A stretch of 64,000 nucleotides of DNA, from NCBI RefSeq assembly GCF_009914755.1, contig NC_060935.1; one strand, 5' to 3'. Both the position numbers and the translations under genes were made by a program. Below the pieces are notes generated by a model that was not told where the DNA came from, made no database searches, and saw nothing but the letters and a program-made list of their open reading frames with translations. The DNA comes from the human T2T-CHM13v2.0 reference genome, Homo sapiens. Positions 28,914 to 44,626 of the stretch are shown piece by piece. The stretch's first letter is position 1; the number at the start of each line of letters is the position of its first letter.

Positions 28914-31277
28914 AGTTCCTGTTTTTGTAAGAATTTTTTTTTTAACTGGAAGAGCTGTTCCAATTGCTCTGCCTAGCTCCTACTAATAGATATTAACCGC
29001 CTCAGCCTGAACCAGTCTTGTAATTCATGTGTATACACTTCATACACGAATAAAGTATACAGTGACTATCCTTTGTCAGAGACCATTTAGTTTCTACCGC
29101 TGACTGTGTTACTCCTTTCATTAAAAAATTAGAAAAGAAAAATATAAGACTGAGAAGTGAACACTTGCTTGAGAACCATGTTGTATTGTTTACCTTCTTG
29201 TTTTCCCTGAAGATGCCCTCACGAAGGTGTGGGTAGCAACTTAGAGGGCAGGATGACAAGAATTCTAGCTGAGCAGCATGGAAGGGAAATAGAATAAATT
29301 AGTGTAGCTACCCATATTACCCTGCATCATCAGGGTGTCCACCTTTAGAAGGGAGGTCAGCACCCCATTATCTGGAAAAGAGTGACGGGAACCAAGAGAT
29401 GAGGTCAGTGGGTACTAGGAGAAGGACAGAGGACAAAGGCAACTGTGTCTGGGGATTAAATGCCTGGCCCTTATTCCCAAGGGTCCTAATTCAGCACAAG
29501 GAAGGGAACAACTGTGTGGGGCAGCACAATGTGTGCAGAAGCTACTGCAGGCTGTTTCCTGCAAAAGAGGAACATTATACCTCAGCCAGCCATTGCCAGG
29601 ACATTGCAGGAGAAGGATCTCTGCCTGGCTAGTGCTTGGAGTCCTCACACACCAAGACATTTGGTCACATTCAGACAATCACGAGTCTCACTTCAGGACA
29701 CGTGTAAACCAACCACTGGGCAGAGAAGGAGATGCTCTCATGCCTGGATTTTGGAACCAGACAATGCTTCACTGGAGCAACTCCAGCAGGGAGAGAGTAG
29801 TGCAGGCATCTCGTTACAACTGTTTATGACTTGTAATGCCCTGTCATTTCCCTTTCCTTCTGGAGGCAGGAAGTGGCTCTGGGCCAAGCTGCTGGAGCTC
29901 AATATAGCCTCTGGTTATTTATGTTCACACGAAACCAGGATAGACACAAGTGGTCTCCTGACAAGTCAGATGACAACCTCCAGTGGTATGCGTTCCCGCC
30001 CTACTTCTTTCTAATTTATATGTTCATAATTTGAAATTAGTGTAGCTGACCTGGAGGATATCTCCTGCCACAGACAGTAAGGAGATAAGTATTCTCCTAC
30101 ATTATATTCATATGGTTTTCTTATGAACCAGGGCATGGAGTCCATAAAAAATTGATTCTTGAGTCTATTACCAGAGAGTCTCCATATGTTTTTATGTAGT
30201 TTTATGTTAAAGCTAAAAGTATATGTCTTTGATAGTCTCCAAAACTAAACTCCAAAGTTTAACATTAAGTATCTACTTACTGTAAATTAATTTGATTTGT
30301 TATCTAGAAGTACATTTTTCTCTTAATTTGTCCTGGAAAATATCCCAGAAAAGCAACCCCAAAATTCTGAAACCTGTCTCTTCCTCTTCATCAACTCTGT
30401 CACCTTCTGATTTTTAATGTTTCTTGATTGGACAATTTCAACAGCATTTACGAGTCTCTGTGCCTCTGATCTGTCTCCTCCTGGCTACTTCCAGTGAACC
30501 CATTCAGCTCACACACATGTGTGAGAATATGCAGCTGTACACCAGGAACACAGAACAGACTACCATGGGGGCTGGCTTTCAGCCCTGGAATTTACTCAGG
30601 CCACCTCCTGTGCCCATGTATTCCAATCTGATATCCTTTGCTCTTGTTTCTTCTGGGTCACTGACTCTAGTGCTGATGGTTCTTTGTGGACATCCTACGC
30701 CAGTTCAACCTCATTATCTCTCCCAGGCACAATCTTGATAGTCACCTAGTTCTAGCATTCTACTCCTAGCACTTGGGTCTAGGAGACTGGTCCCACACCA
30801 GCGCTTCATTACCCAGTTGTTGGCTAGGGGAAGACCACTAATCTATCTATCTAATCTATTCTCTAAATTGAAGCTAGATTCTAATCTAGTTTTATATCTA
30901 ATCCAGCCTCTAAACTGAAGCTAGGTTCTTCTTTCTTAAATTAAATGCTTATACTGTCTTTCCCCTGCTTAAACTTTTTGAGTGGCTCCTATGGTCTGCA
31001 AGGTAAAGTTCAAACTCCCTGTTGGCAAATACGGCAGTTCAAGTCCTTCCTGATGTTGCTCCAAACACCCCCTCCAGCTGACTCACAACTCCCCCATTGC
31101 CAGAATGCATGACTTTTGTCTTCACCATTATGATATACTGGCCTTTTCTCTGATGTACCATGATTTCCTACCTCTGATATTCCCCCTTTCTGGAATGCTC
31201 TTTCTTGTATTATTTACCAAATAAATTCTAACTCAGTCTTCAAAATTAAATATAAATGTTTTCTTCTCCAGAAAACT

Positions 31278-31577
31278 TTTCTTTTTTCTCTTTTGAGACA
31301 AGGTCTTGCTCTGTTGCTCAGGCTGGAGTGCAGTGGTATGAACATGGCCCACTGCAGCCTTAACCTTCCCGGCTCAAGCAATCCTCCCACCTCAGCTTTC
31401 TGAGTAGAGCTGGGACCACAGATGCACACTACTATGCCTGGTTAATTTTTAAATTTTTTGTAGAGACGGGGTGTCCCTTCACTCCCAGGCTGGGCTTGAA
31501 CTCCTAGGCTCAAGTGATCTTCCCACCTTAGCCTCCCAAAGTGCTGGGATTGCAGGTATGAGCCACCTCGCTTGGCC
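31278..31577 (-). mobile_element. AluJ-type SINE within an L2 relic (~30950-31810)
   Basis: Antisense AluJ diagnostics; flanking L2 ends in ttgttgaatgaa..gaatgaatgaa. Confidence 0.85.
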
Positions 31578-32136
31578 TTTTCTTGATTTCTCTCAGCAGA
31601 ACCTACCAGTTCATTCTTGATGGTCCTACAGGGCCTTCTGACCTTGTTGTATATCACAGTCATCATTTGTTGCTAATGTTTATCTTCTCACTAAACCACA
31701 GACTCTAAGGAAAGGACTGTCCTTTGTTAATCTTTAATTCTGAGTTCCTAACATAATATCTTGCCCAGCATAATTGTTGAATGAAGGAAACTAACAATTG
31801 AATGAATGAAAGTTAGAGTAGATCTAAAATACATTCCTGGGAAAATTTTAATGTTACCTTTGGATTAATAACTTTTCAGAGTTGGGCAATATCATTGATT
31901 TCTTAATAGTGAAAGAGAAGGCGAAGCATGTATTCTACAGTCTGTGACCAACAATGTGAGAGAGGTCACAATTGTTTCTCTGGGACACATTCTCCAGGAA
32001 TTCTGAAATAGAAGAGGTTGTGATGGGAAAGAAGGGAAGAAAAATAAAGAATTTCAAAAAGTCAGTGACTTATGGTTTTGCTAGATAAAAAAGGAAAATG
32101 TTTGCTTTGATATCATTTTCAAATATATGAACTACT

Positions 32137-32412
32137 AGCCAGGTGCGGTGGCTCATGCCTATAATTCTAGTGCTTTGGAAGGCCAAGGTGGGAGGATCAC
32201 TTGAACCCAGGAGCTCAAGGCTGCAGAGAGCTATGACTGCACCACTGAGCTCCAGCCTGGGTGACAAAGTGAGATCCTGTCTCAAAAAAAAAACCCAAAT
32301 ATATATATATATATAAAATACATATATATTATACATATATATAAATAAAATACATATATATTATACATATATATAAATAAAATACATATATATTATACAT
32401 ATATATATATAT
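32137..32412 (+). repeat. Monomer-length Alu followed by an AT-rich minisatellite (~32-33-bp unit x3) and (TA)n
   Basis: Alu 32137-32293; unit 'aaaatacatatatattatacatatatat' repeated three times. Confidence 0.8.
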
Positions 32413-34859
32413 GTTACCAGAAAGGAAACCATAACTAACAAATATTGTACAAGTTAGGAGAGAAGGAGTATTTGTGTCTGGTAATATAAAGCTGTGTAAG
32501 TGATACTATGAAGGCACATCATTCTGGCAGGCAGGCAGGACATTGGCTAAGAAGACATGATGCTCTATTAATAATTGTCATTATTGATAGAGTTCTACCG
32601 AAGTGTTCATAATTTTTTGTGGTCATTGTTTCCTTCTTAATGACGGGAAAAATAATATTTTTTGTGTGCGGCATCAGAGTATAGAATCTCGAGATCTGTT
32701 TACAACTTACTTAACTGATGTGTGTGCTTTTGATGGTTCTACTTCTTTATTTATTTGTTTTTATTCTGAAAAGTTAGATGGGGAAGAATAGTCCCCCAAA
32801 CCCCACCTTCCACATCTCATAGATGCTGTACTTATGATTCTCTGATCCATTTCTATGTAGAGGTAGAATTAATCATCCAAGATGTACTGAAAGATTTTAT
32901 ATATTAATAATAGGATGACAATCTGACCTCTACTGTTTTTATTTTCAAAGCATGGTTCGATCTCAACCAGCCACAGAGACCACTGATGAATCAGTCCCTG
33001 GATGGTGCAGGCAACCTCAACATTACCCACCTCCTACCCGGCTTCTATCAGCCTTCCTGAGAGTGGTATTATTTAGAAATTCTCTTTTATGACATGCAAT
33101 ACCTCTCTTCTTCTAGGTCCTATATTATAGCCTTGAATCAAATCAAACTGTCAAATGAGATGTCTATCAACAAAATCTGCAAGAAATAGTCATAGAAAAT
33201 TTACTATTTAACTTCCTATTAAAAAATCAGTGGGCTCATTAATGACTACTCCTTACATAAAGTTTCAAGTGTAACATTTCTTTAAAACAAAAAGAGAGAG
33301 AAAAAGAGTACAGGACTAGGAAAGTCTTCACTACCCTAAAAGAAATTGTGTGTGCTTCCTGTTTCTTAATAAGGGTAAGTCAAAATTACAGCCCAGAAGC
33401 CTGCTGACTTCTCTGGGTTCTCCCAGCCCTATTCACAGTAAAAGTTCTACCTCACCATTATCAGGCAACATGGCTACTCCAGCCCTTACTTGCTGTCTCT
33501 TAAGTTCACATCTCCATCTCTTCTTGCTTTTCTTCTATTTTTCTTAAGCCTTTAAGTCTTGCTCTTTGATTCATTCATGCAATAAATGTATTGAAATATA
33601 TTGAGAGTCCACTATGTATTAAATATTATGCTATGTACCAGAGATTATGAATAAGACAGAAACAGTCATGGAGTTTGCAATTTAAGTGAGGTTTAGCTGT
33701 TTTACAAACCCATGATTTTTCTGTTGAAATTCCAGGCTTTGTACAGCTCAGTTAGTCCCCAGTATTGGTCCTCCTGGTCCAGAGGCCCCTGCAGACATTA
33801 CGTGCCCATCAAGGAGCTGAACAGCAAGGTGATGAAAATCGAAGTTCTACTCATTTGCAACCTCCTGCTAAGGGGCAGATTCTGCCAAAGGCTACTGACT
33901 TTTGAGGATGTTCTAATTCCCCTGACATGATCTTTGTCTACCTCTTCACCCACTCTGTTCCTTGCATGCTCTACTTAGTACTTAATTATCCCATTTCCCT
34001 GATCACTCTGTCTTTCAATTTTTTATGTCTTTGCAAATGCTGTTCCTTCTTACCCTTCCTTTGCCAACTCATCCATCTGGCATACTCCCATTTATCATTC
34101 AAATTACTGCTTAGGACACCTTCTCCTAGATGCCTGCTGGCATCTCCTCTATTCTTTTCCTCCTTCCCCAAAGTACTCCCTCCCTCTTCTGTACTGGAGT
34201 GGTAGAGTGCAACAGTTTCTAGCTTGCTTTCCAAAGTCAAATTCATCTGAGTTCATCTCCTGGATGTACCACTTAGTCACTATGTGGCCTTGAACAATGT
34301 ATATAATCTTTCTGGGTCCCAGTTTTGTGATATGCAAACTTTCCTGATAGACAGTAATACTATCTATCCCATAGGATTGTTCAAATTAAATTATATAAAG
34401 AATACACAGTACTTAGAACAGATTCAGACACATAGGAAGCAATTTTACCATTGGTCATATGACATTAGGTTATAGTTATTTATTTAGGTTCGCTCTATCC
34501 CACTAGAATGGCAGCTCCTTAAGAGTAAGAACGATGTTTTATTCATCACAGGGCCCAGCATACAGTAAATGTGGGTTCTGAACTGAACCTAATAACGGTA
34601 TAAAATATGTATATCATAATTCATTGCAATTCAAATGCAAGGAATTTTAAATAACAACTCATAGGGACAGCTGTGCTAACTGCAATTAGAGATCACCCTG
34701 TTCCCATGGCCTTTTAAAAACTTCCTCTTCCTATATGGCTTAACATCCATCATTCTACAGTTATCTATCAAATGCCTGCTAGGTGCCAAAGCAGTGGAGA
34801 TACCTTAGTGAATGTTGGCAGCCCACACCTCCAGAAAAGAAATGAACAAGTAAACCAGC

Positions 34860-35568
<709 letters not shown>

Positions 35569-36297
35569 TGTAACCGCCTAATGGGTCCACCTGGCCCGTT
35601 GCCTAGACAGAGCCGATTTATCAAGACAGGGGAACTGTAATGTTGAAAGAGTAATTACACAGAACCAGCTGTGCAAGAGACCAAATTTTATTATTACTCA
35701 AATCAGTCTCCCCGAGCACTCAGGGATCAGAGTTTTTAAAAATAATTTGGCGAGTATGGGCTCGGATAGTGAGGAGTGCTGATTGGCTGGGTTGAAGATG
35801 AAATTATAGGGGGTCGAAGTGAGTTCTTTCTTGCTGACTTCTGCTCCTGGGTGGGATTGCAGAACTGGTTGAGCCAGATTATTTGTAGGTCTGGGTGGTG
35901 TCATCATCTGCTGCATAAGAATGCAGGGTCTGCAAAATATCTCAAGCACTGATCTTAGGTTTTACAACCGCGATGTTATTCCCAGGAGCAATTTGGGGAA
36001 GTTCAGACTCTTGCAGCCAGAGGCTGTATGGCATGGCATAATTTCTAATTTTGTAGCTAATTTGTTAGTCTTACAAAGGCAGACTGGTCCCCAGGCAAGA
36101 AGGGGTTTTTCGGGAAAGGGCTATTATCAATTTTGTTTCAGAGTTTAAACTATAAATTCCTTTCCAAGGCTAGTTTGGCCTACGCCCAGGAATGAACAAG
36201 GACAGCTTAGAGGTCAGAAGCAAGATGGAGTCGGTTAAGTCTGATCTCTTACACTGTCATAATTTCCTCAGTTATGATTTTTACAAAGGTGGTTTCA
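35569..36297 (-). mobile_element. LTR8/LTR8A-type ERV1 solo LTR
   Basis: Minus strand begins TGAAACCACCTTTGTAAAAATCATAACTGAGGAAATTATGACAGTG...GACTCCATCTTGCTTCT; TG...CA ends; TSD ctac/ttac. Confidence 0.85.
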
Positions 36298-36519
36298 TTA
36301 CCAGCTTATACCATAAAGTCCTGCTGGGAGTCACAGTGGGATACCATGCAAAATGCTGTGAGAAAACTTCAGAGAAGCAACTAACCAATTTTTGGAGTCC
36401 AAGAAAGGAAATCCTGCTGGAATTAGGAGACCATAGACTTTTCGAAGTGTACCCTTTACCCACTTACCCACTAAGTGATCAACCTGTTGCCCAGAGGCGC
36501 CCCTTGTCCAGAGACATCC

Positions 36520-36917
36520 TGTGCTAACTTGTTCTTGCATTGCTATAAAGAAATCACCTCAGACTAGGTGATTTATAAAGAAAACAGGTTTAATTGGCTC
36601 AGGCTTCTGCAGGATGTAGAGGAAGGATGCATCTGCTCAGCTTCTGGGGAGGCCTAAGGGAACTTTTACTCAAGATAAAGGTGCAGCGGGAGGAGGCATG
36701 TCAAAGGCAAAGACAGGAGCAAGAGAGAAAGTGGGGGGAGGTGCAAAACACTTTTAAAGGACCAGATCGCTCAAGAACTCATGCACTACTGAGAGGACAG
36801 CACCAAGTCATCAGGGATCCACCCACATGACTCAAACACCTCCCTCCAGGCCCCACCTCCAACGCTAGGGATTACATTTTAACAGATTTGGTGGGGACGC
36901 ATATTCAAACTATATCA
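36520..36917 (-). mobile_element. Second MST-family (MSTA1/MSTB-like) solo LTR
   Basis: ttcttgcattgctataaagaaa...ccaggccccacctccaac...caaactatatca. Confidence 0.85.
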
Positions 36918-39229
36918 CACACTTCTGTTACTATTAAGGACAGATTCTGAACAGCAGTGCCTTAGGGTCTTGGACAACGCTAACTTCCTTACAGCATTAC
37001 TCCCGGAAGGATATCCAGCCCTTAGAAGCTGATATAGTTAAAAGCAAATAGATTGTAAAAACCATAAAATGCCTGGGGCCATGCTAACTAGAGCTCTGAG
37101 GCCTCTGAGAATTGACTGCAGTAAATCTTCCTGTCTTATGCAACCACATGTCTCTTCTTAGAAGGATCCAGGTTTTTTCAAATCACCCGTTAAAATTATT
37201 CATCCATAAATTATTTTTATTATGATCTAAAAGGCTTTAATTCTGTTTGATGTAATCCGTGCTTTACATACAAAACATTCTGAGATAATCTCTAAGTTTT
37301 CATCAATTTATTAGACATCTACTGAGGTGCCATGATCATTATCACAAACTGAAGGGTTTTCATATCTTGACTTTTTTAATTCTTTGTCTCCAATCTTAAT
37401 TATCACACACTCAATTTTCCCACACCTGTAGGTTTATTTATATAGTGAAGTAATTTGGGGAAGGGTATAAATACACTGAAGAATGCAAAAGTCAACAGAA
37501 TCCCTCATCAGACTTTCAAATGGCTTCTGGACATAGCTCAGCTGTCTCCTTTCTGGAACTTCCAAACTGTATAGCAGGGGCTCCTTCCTTTATCTGAGCA
37601 TCACACTAGGGCATGCTCAGGACAGTTCTCTTTAATTCATACTTTTTTTTCTTTCCATGTCAACTACAGTACTTTGCCCCTGGTATCACTAACAGAATAT
37701 AATTCCAGGTGTTGAATTTGAGTTCATTGGTAAAGGTTAAGGGCTCTGATTGTCTGGAAGAACTCAGTTTGAATTTTAACTCAGCCACTGACTAGCTGTG
37801 TGACCTTGGGAAATTTACGTCACATCTCTAGACCTAGTTTCCTTATCTGAATAGAGTGGTTATAAAGATTGCATGAGATAACATATGTGAAAAGCTTAGA
37901 TCATTTTAATAACCAAGAATCTTTCTGTTTTACATGTATTAACTCATTTATCCCTTATAAGATGACCATCCCATGGGACACTTAGGGATATATGTCATGT
38001 CACTATTTTACAGGGAGTTCATATCTCCCCTACATGGTACATTCTGTAACTCCCAGTCACAAAGATGAAGGCCAGCTTTCTTACCAAGGCCAGGCTTGAG
38101 GTGCTAGTTGCTCTAGGCATACAAGCCCTCAAACCCTTCTAAATAGCGCTTTTCACATGCTCCACGCAGCTGTTTCCCTGAGATAGGCAGCCTGCAACTC
38201 TTTGCACTAGCTGCAAACATGTCTCTGCATTTTAGTCCGACAGAGCTGGCTTTGCTGACATCAAGGACGTGGTGCAAAGCACAGCTCTTTAGTTTCCAAA
38301 TGAATGAAAATGACATATTGAAAGCGGGGCTGGCCACAGTATCTAGCTAGAAAACAATAATGACTCACAGGAAAGACAAAGACTGAGTAAGCACCAACGA
38401 AAGGCCACTCATCCCTTCATTAACATCACTGGGGAAAATATGGTCTCACTATGGAACAACCAAAAACATACAGACAAAAGTCTCCTGGGCTTTTGAGCAT
38501 AGTCTAATTCCCATCTGGCTTATAAATTTCCTAACTTCTAAATTAATTACACTAGGAGTTGGAAGAGAATAAACAGTGGCCATAGATATTAGAAATTTTT
38601 ACATGTGGCATGTATCTGCATCACGACTAGCATTGCTAATCAATTGTGAAATGACTATTAGGTAGCTTTGATAAGAGAGTTTCTTATTAGTCTTAGATAT
38701 TGGACTACAAAAATAGTCCACCAGCAACAAAAAGAGATTGAATCTTCTTTACTACATCTGTATATTGTCAGAGGTCCAGACAGAAATCTAAAAAATATAT
38801 AAGAATAAATAAAATATTTATTGTGATACTCCTTCCTTGTTTAATATATTATCATGACAATACATGTCTTAATGCTATGTAATTTTGGCATATCTTAAAT
38901 ATAAAAGTGTCCAATTGATTCATTATTTTTATAGCTAATTATTCAATATATTAACAATTATATTTGTGCAACAAAAACATATCTTGATTTTTAATGCTGG
39001 TAAATGTTAAGATTTTGAAGTAAAAATACTATTTACATAATATTCCTGAGAAAAATTATTCAGGTAAAAGGCTCTTGTGAATCACTTTCTTGGGGACCTT
39101 GCAGGAATTACCAACAAAAATTGAGAGCCATAAAGGAAATGTCTGAAATATTAGAGGCTGTGTGTCAAAGTATCTTGTATTAACTAAATCAAGCGCTTAT
39201 TAACAGAAGACAAACCTTGTATATATTTT

Positions 39230-39730
39230 TAATGTTTTTGGCTCCCCAGCATCTAAGCCCCTTCACTATGCATGAGAAACCTCATGAGGCAGAGCCCACC
39301 TCCCACTCTAGAAGCTGAACATTCTAAGTACTAGCTTGCCTGGCCTCTCTTGCAGCTAGGATGATGGCATGTGGCTTTGAGTCATCTGATTGGATGCATT
39401 CCCCTCACATTTTGAACCCAGAGCTCATGACCAAAGAAGGAGGAACCTCAAGGAGTCCATTCTGGCAAGGGTAATAGCAGGGACAGAAGCTATATTCATT
39501 TTGCAGAAGCAGCAAGCATAACAATTCTAGTGGCCACCTCCAGTGCCAGCATCAGGCTGGAGGTAAGACAAGCTGTGGTGTCAGTGCCTATTGGCAGAGG
39601 CATTGATATCTTCCTGGAATACTTCTGTTGCATAATGTTGGTCATAGTGCCAGGCTCCACAGCCTCCAAGCTCAGTTCTCCAGCACTTCTAGAGACTGTC
39701 AGGCATACCAATATTCTTTAATAAATTCTA
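39230..39730 (+). mobile_element. Old ERVL LTR, LTR33-like
   Basis: gcagagcccacctcccac, cctctcttgcagctagg..ggcatgtg, ends ccaatattctttaataaattc. Confidence 0.6.
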
Positions 39731-40227
39731 TCACATGAGACCAGAATCCTGATTATTTCATTGTTTTTACTTTAGAAAACATTGGACTTTTTTTAAAATA
39801 AAAAATGAACAAAGTTTTCAATATTTATTTTTAAAAATATTTACTCCAGCTATATATTATAGCTTGGGGAATGAGGTAGTTTCTCAAGCAAGCCAAGGTA
39901 ATGCACAGGCTAATTAGTTAAGAGAGAAAAGGACACAGAAACACAAGTTTTGCAATGGCAAGGCAATTGTCAGCCTTGAGATTGCAAAAACATGTGCTGT
40001 GAGTTTGGGGTATTCTCACTTTAAATCCCAGAATATAGTTTCCAGGAGGCAATGACTGTGTATTAACATGCAATGTGCATCAGCATTTAACTGTTTTCTC
40101 TTACCCCTGCAGTCCTCATACCATACTTTGGCTTCCAGCCTGTTCTCTCTCCTCAGCTGACTGGCCTACTAAGGGGGCGTGGCTTTGGGAGAAATTCCCA
40201 ACCACTGAGAACATCTTGGAAATCCTA

Positions 40228-40528
<301 letters not shown>

Positions 40529-40634
40529 GAATAGAAGGAAAGACTCCTAGGTCAACCTTCTGGCCCCATTGAACTTGCTCTCATTTTATTAATTCTCTTT
40601 CCACTTTCTTGTCAGAGTTCCTTAATACAATTTT

Positions 40635-40857
40635 GCTTCTTTAAAGAAGATCCTTAACAATGTATTGTACACAGTACTTGAAAATTGCTAAGAGAGTAGA
40701 TTTTAAATGTCTCACCACAAAAAAATAAGGTGAGATAATGCATATGCTAATTAGTTTGATATAGTCATGCCACAATATATACAAATATCAAAATATCACA
40801 TTGTACACCATAAGTATATATAATGATTGCCAATAAAAATAATTAATTTCTTAAAAA
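40635..40857 (+). mobile_element. L1MA-type extreme 3' end
   Basis: acttgaaaattgctaagagagtagattttaaatgtctcaccac...atcacattgtacaccataa. Confidence 0.8.
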
Positions 40858-41237
40858 AGGAGAGTCTTGGCTAGTCTACTGCATTTCAACCTAATTCTTA
40901 GGAACTAAAATCATAGCAGTGACTTGTGCATGTGTAGACCATTCTGGCTTGAGTTGGCCAAATATTATCTCTCACTAGCATTAAGGAATTTCTTCCTCCT
41001 GTAATTCTGAAAGAACAGAAAACCATCTGAGAAAATTATATCCATCCTATTCCCAGAGAGTAGTGCCACTTTAGCAAAGTATCTTAACAAAGGGTTTTTA
41101 AAAATTAACTTAATAATTCCATTTAAAAATGTTTGTCTTAGTAAGTTAAAAGGTTATTCAGGACGTGGATGATTCAGGGTGGTTGTGTTTTATAAAGTGC
41201 TTTCCAAAGCAAACATCTATGACATTTTGAACATATC

Positions 41238-41529
<292 letters not shown>

Positions 41530-44501
41530 TAGAACATATCTACTTATTAAAGGAGAAGCCAAGCAGTAGCGAAATACACTAACTTATTCACAGTACACAG
41601 CTCGTCCCAACTGGAACTGCATAGTTGGGACTCAAAACCAGGCATTAGACTTCAAACCTCATTTTTTTCCTCAACATAACTACGCCTGCCACATCCAGAG
41701 CCAAGAGCCATTTCTAAGGGAAACTGTTCCATCTGGAGCCCCAAGAGCAGCCTTAGCCGACCATGGTGGTTTTGTTTTACCCCTCTCTGGTCTCCACGGA
41801 TTGAACAGGATTGGGTAACTGACCCCAAAAAAAAGCCAATCCACAGATTGGTCAGCAGCCTGTAGGATGGCCTGGCACAAAAACTTTTGACTCAACAGAG
41901 GTGATCTGAGTCAACCAGATTCTAGCTGACTCTTGTTGCTTCTAATCAAGAGACTCCAGTTGACTCAATCTTTCTGGAGATAATTGTATACATTATTCTG
42001 ATTAACTGATTGCGTAGAATAACCTTGTTCAACTTTCTATTTCACCACTCTTAGGAAAACATGTCCTAACAGAACAAGATATTACATGTTTGGAAGTTCC
42101 CAATCTTCTTAACTTCTGATAAACAGTTTTTCTTTTAGAAATACTTGCTCCTTTGATTCCTTGGCTCCACACAGTCTTGGTCCTCTATTTTTTGGTGCCT
42201 CCTTCCTCTATGTTCTAGATAATATGCTGAGTGTTTTACATAAATTATTTTATTGAAGGCTCATGACAATCCCATAAAGTAAACACTATCCCCATTTTAC
42301 AGATGGAGAAAGCGAGGCACAGGGAGATACTGTTGGTCTGGATCAGGGTTGTGGTAGAGAAGGGAAGAGGACAGATTACAGATATATTTTGAAAGCAGAA
42401 CCAACAAGGCCCGGTTGCTGAATTAGATGTGGAAGTGAGGGAAAGGACGAATCAAGGATGATGCTTAAGTAACAGGGTGAATTGTGTTGCCATTTGTCCA
42501 GCCAACGGCTCATCTCTAATTGGATATTCCAGAAGTATCTCAAGGTCAACATGTCTAAAACTGAATTCATCATTTTTTTTCCACAAGACCTTCTCTTTTT
42601 CAAATATTTTCTTCTTCAAAGAATTTCATCATCACTGTTATTAGTGGCAAGTGCTTTATAGAAAGGGATACAAATGAGAGAAACAATAAAAACTATAATA
42701 AACATTTTTCTAGAATTTCAAATTGTTTCCTCCCAACTTTTTCATTTGTTTACTAGGCTTTTAGCTCCCTCATTTAACCATAAGCTTCTCAGGAACAGAG
42801 CTTGTGTCTGTAATTAGACCTAACATTGATTGAGTATTTTCTAAATGTCATGGCTTGTGCTAAGCCGTGGCTGCATCACCCACGTAACTCTCCTTACAAC
42901 CACGCCTCATGAGGCTGTTAAGAATAAGGTTAGACTGCCTGAGTTCAAATCCTGTCTCCGTCGTGTGATTTGGGACAAGTTATTCAACTTTTCTGTGCCT
43001 TGGTTATCACATGGTACTCTGAGAGTATAGAGGAAAGACATGTAACCCAGATAGATGAGATCAAAGAAGGCTTTCTAGAATGGAATGAAATGCCAAGTTA
43101 AATCTTCATTCGCAGAGCTATTAGGGGAAAGGTGTTGCAGGCAGAGAGAGCACTGATGTGAAGGCCAGGAAGTAAAGTGAAACATGGAGGTTTGATAACT
43201 GCCAGTGCCATTTATCAAGAGCAGGAAAGGGACATGAACGTAAATGTTTACAAGCACCAGGCAAGTAAGGAAAATAAGTGAGGCTGGCTGGGGGTAAGAC
43301 AATGGGAAGATGTGGGTTCCTGAGGCAAACTGCTGAGCCCAGGACTCACCTGAAGGGGCCACCTCTACTGAGGTCACACTCCCCTCCCTCACCAAGTTCC
43401 AATACACTGCTTATACTGTCTGGAGGCTCCTTCACTTGCTATATGCTCCACCTGCAAATTGCTTTGCAAGGCTGGCTCCTGAACATCATTTCAGCTCAAA
43501 TGGCATTTGAAAGATGCCTCCTCTGATTACCACCCACATGCCAGCTCCAGACCTGTCAGTACTCCACTCTAGTTTATTTCTTCTGAGCACTTACTATTAC
43601 GTGAAATTATTTTGTTCATTTGTTTATGTGTACATTTTGTGTCTTTAATTGTATGTTGGGTATATAATATAAACTGTATTGGAGCAGGAAACTTTTCCAA
43701 CACCTACAACAATAGCTGACACACAGTAGAAGCTCAACAAAGCCCATTTATTAATTTTGAATAATCAAGTGATGGTTTTATTGTACACTTACTCCGTGCC
43801 AGGTACAATGGACTACAGTGATAGATTTGACAATCATCAGAACATAGGTAGTAGCTAAAAACACAGGAATGTGTGAGAAAAGCCAGGGCATGTGGGTGGA
43901 GCCAAAAGATAACAGATCAAGAGAAATTCATTGTAGGCCTCAACATACAAAGAAAAACCCCAAAGAGACTGATCAGGATAGCAAGGGGAGGATCCAGGAA
44001 AGAAGTGGTATCACAGAAGCCAAAGGAAAACAGAATCCACAGTGTAAGTCATGACTTTATGAGATATTCTGCTTCTGGCTGATTACAATGTACAACAGAT
44101 TCCTAGATATCTAAAGACTTCACTCATTGCTGTTTCTCACTGTGCCCATTTAGAGATCTCTCTGCAGAAAGTCTCACCTGTATATTTACCATCTGTCTGC
44201 ATTTCCTGTGATATATCCCAATAGTGATGCCATGTCTGTTCTCTTTTTACCTTATTCAAATAAACTTTCCTACATTTTCACCTTTGGCAAACAAATTTCC
44301 ATTCATATACCATACCACTACTCTGCCTCTCCTATAAAATTATTTATTTATTAACAAGACAGAATCTACCATACTTATATTCTGATCCTGATCTGCTCCC
44401 CAGCCATCAAAATCTTGATAGTATCATAAGTCTACAGTTTTCAGCCTGTGTTAAGTGAAGGTTGAAGCCATAAGCATCCTATCTGGCCCCCTTCTCAGCA
44501 A

Positions 44502-44578
44502 ATATATATGTGTATGTATATATATATGTGTGTATATATATGTATATATGTGTATATATATGTATGTGTATATATATA

Positions 44579-44621
<43 letters not shown>

Positions 44622-44626
44622 ATATA
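44502..44626. repeat. (TA)n/(TG)n alternating purine-pyrimidine microsatellite
   Basis: About 125 bp of continuous RY alternation. Confidence 0.93.

Noticed and set aside
32298-32412. Regularly repeated ~32-bp units resembling a repeat-spacer array
   Set aside because: AT-rich minisatellite grown from an Alu tail; no unique spacers, eukaryotic context, not CRISPR.
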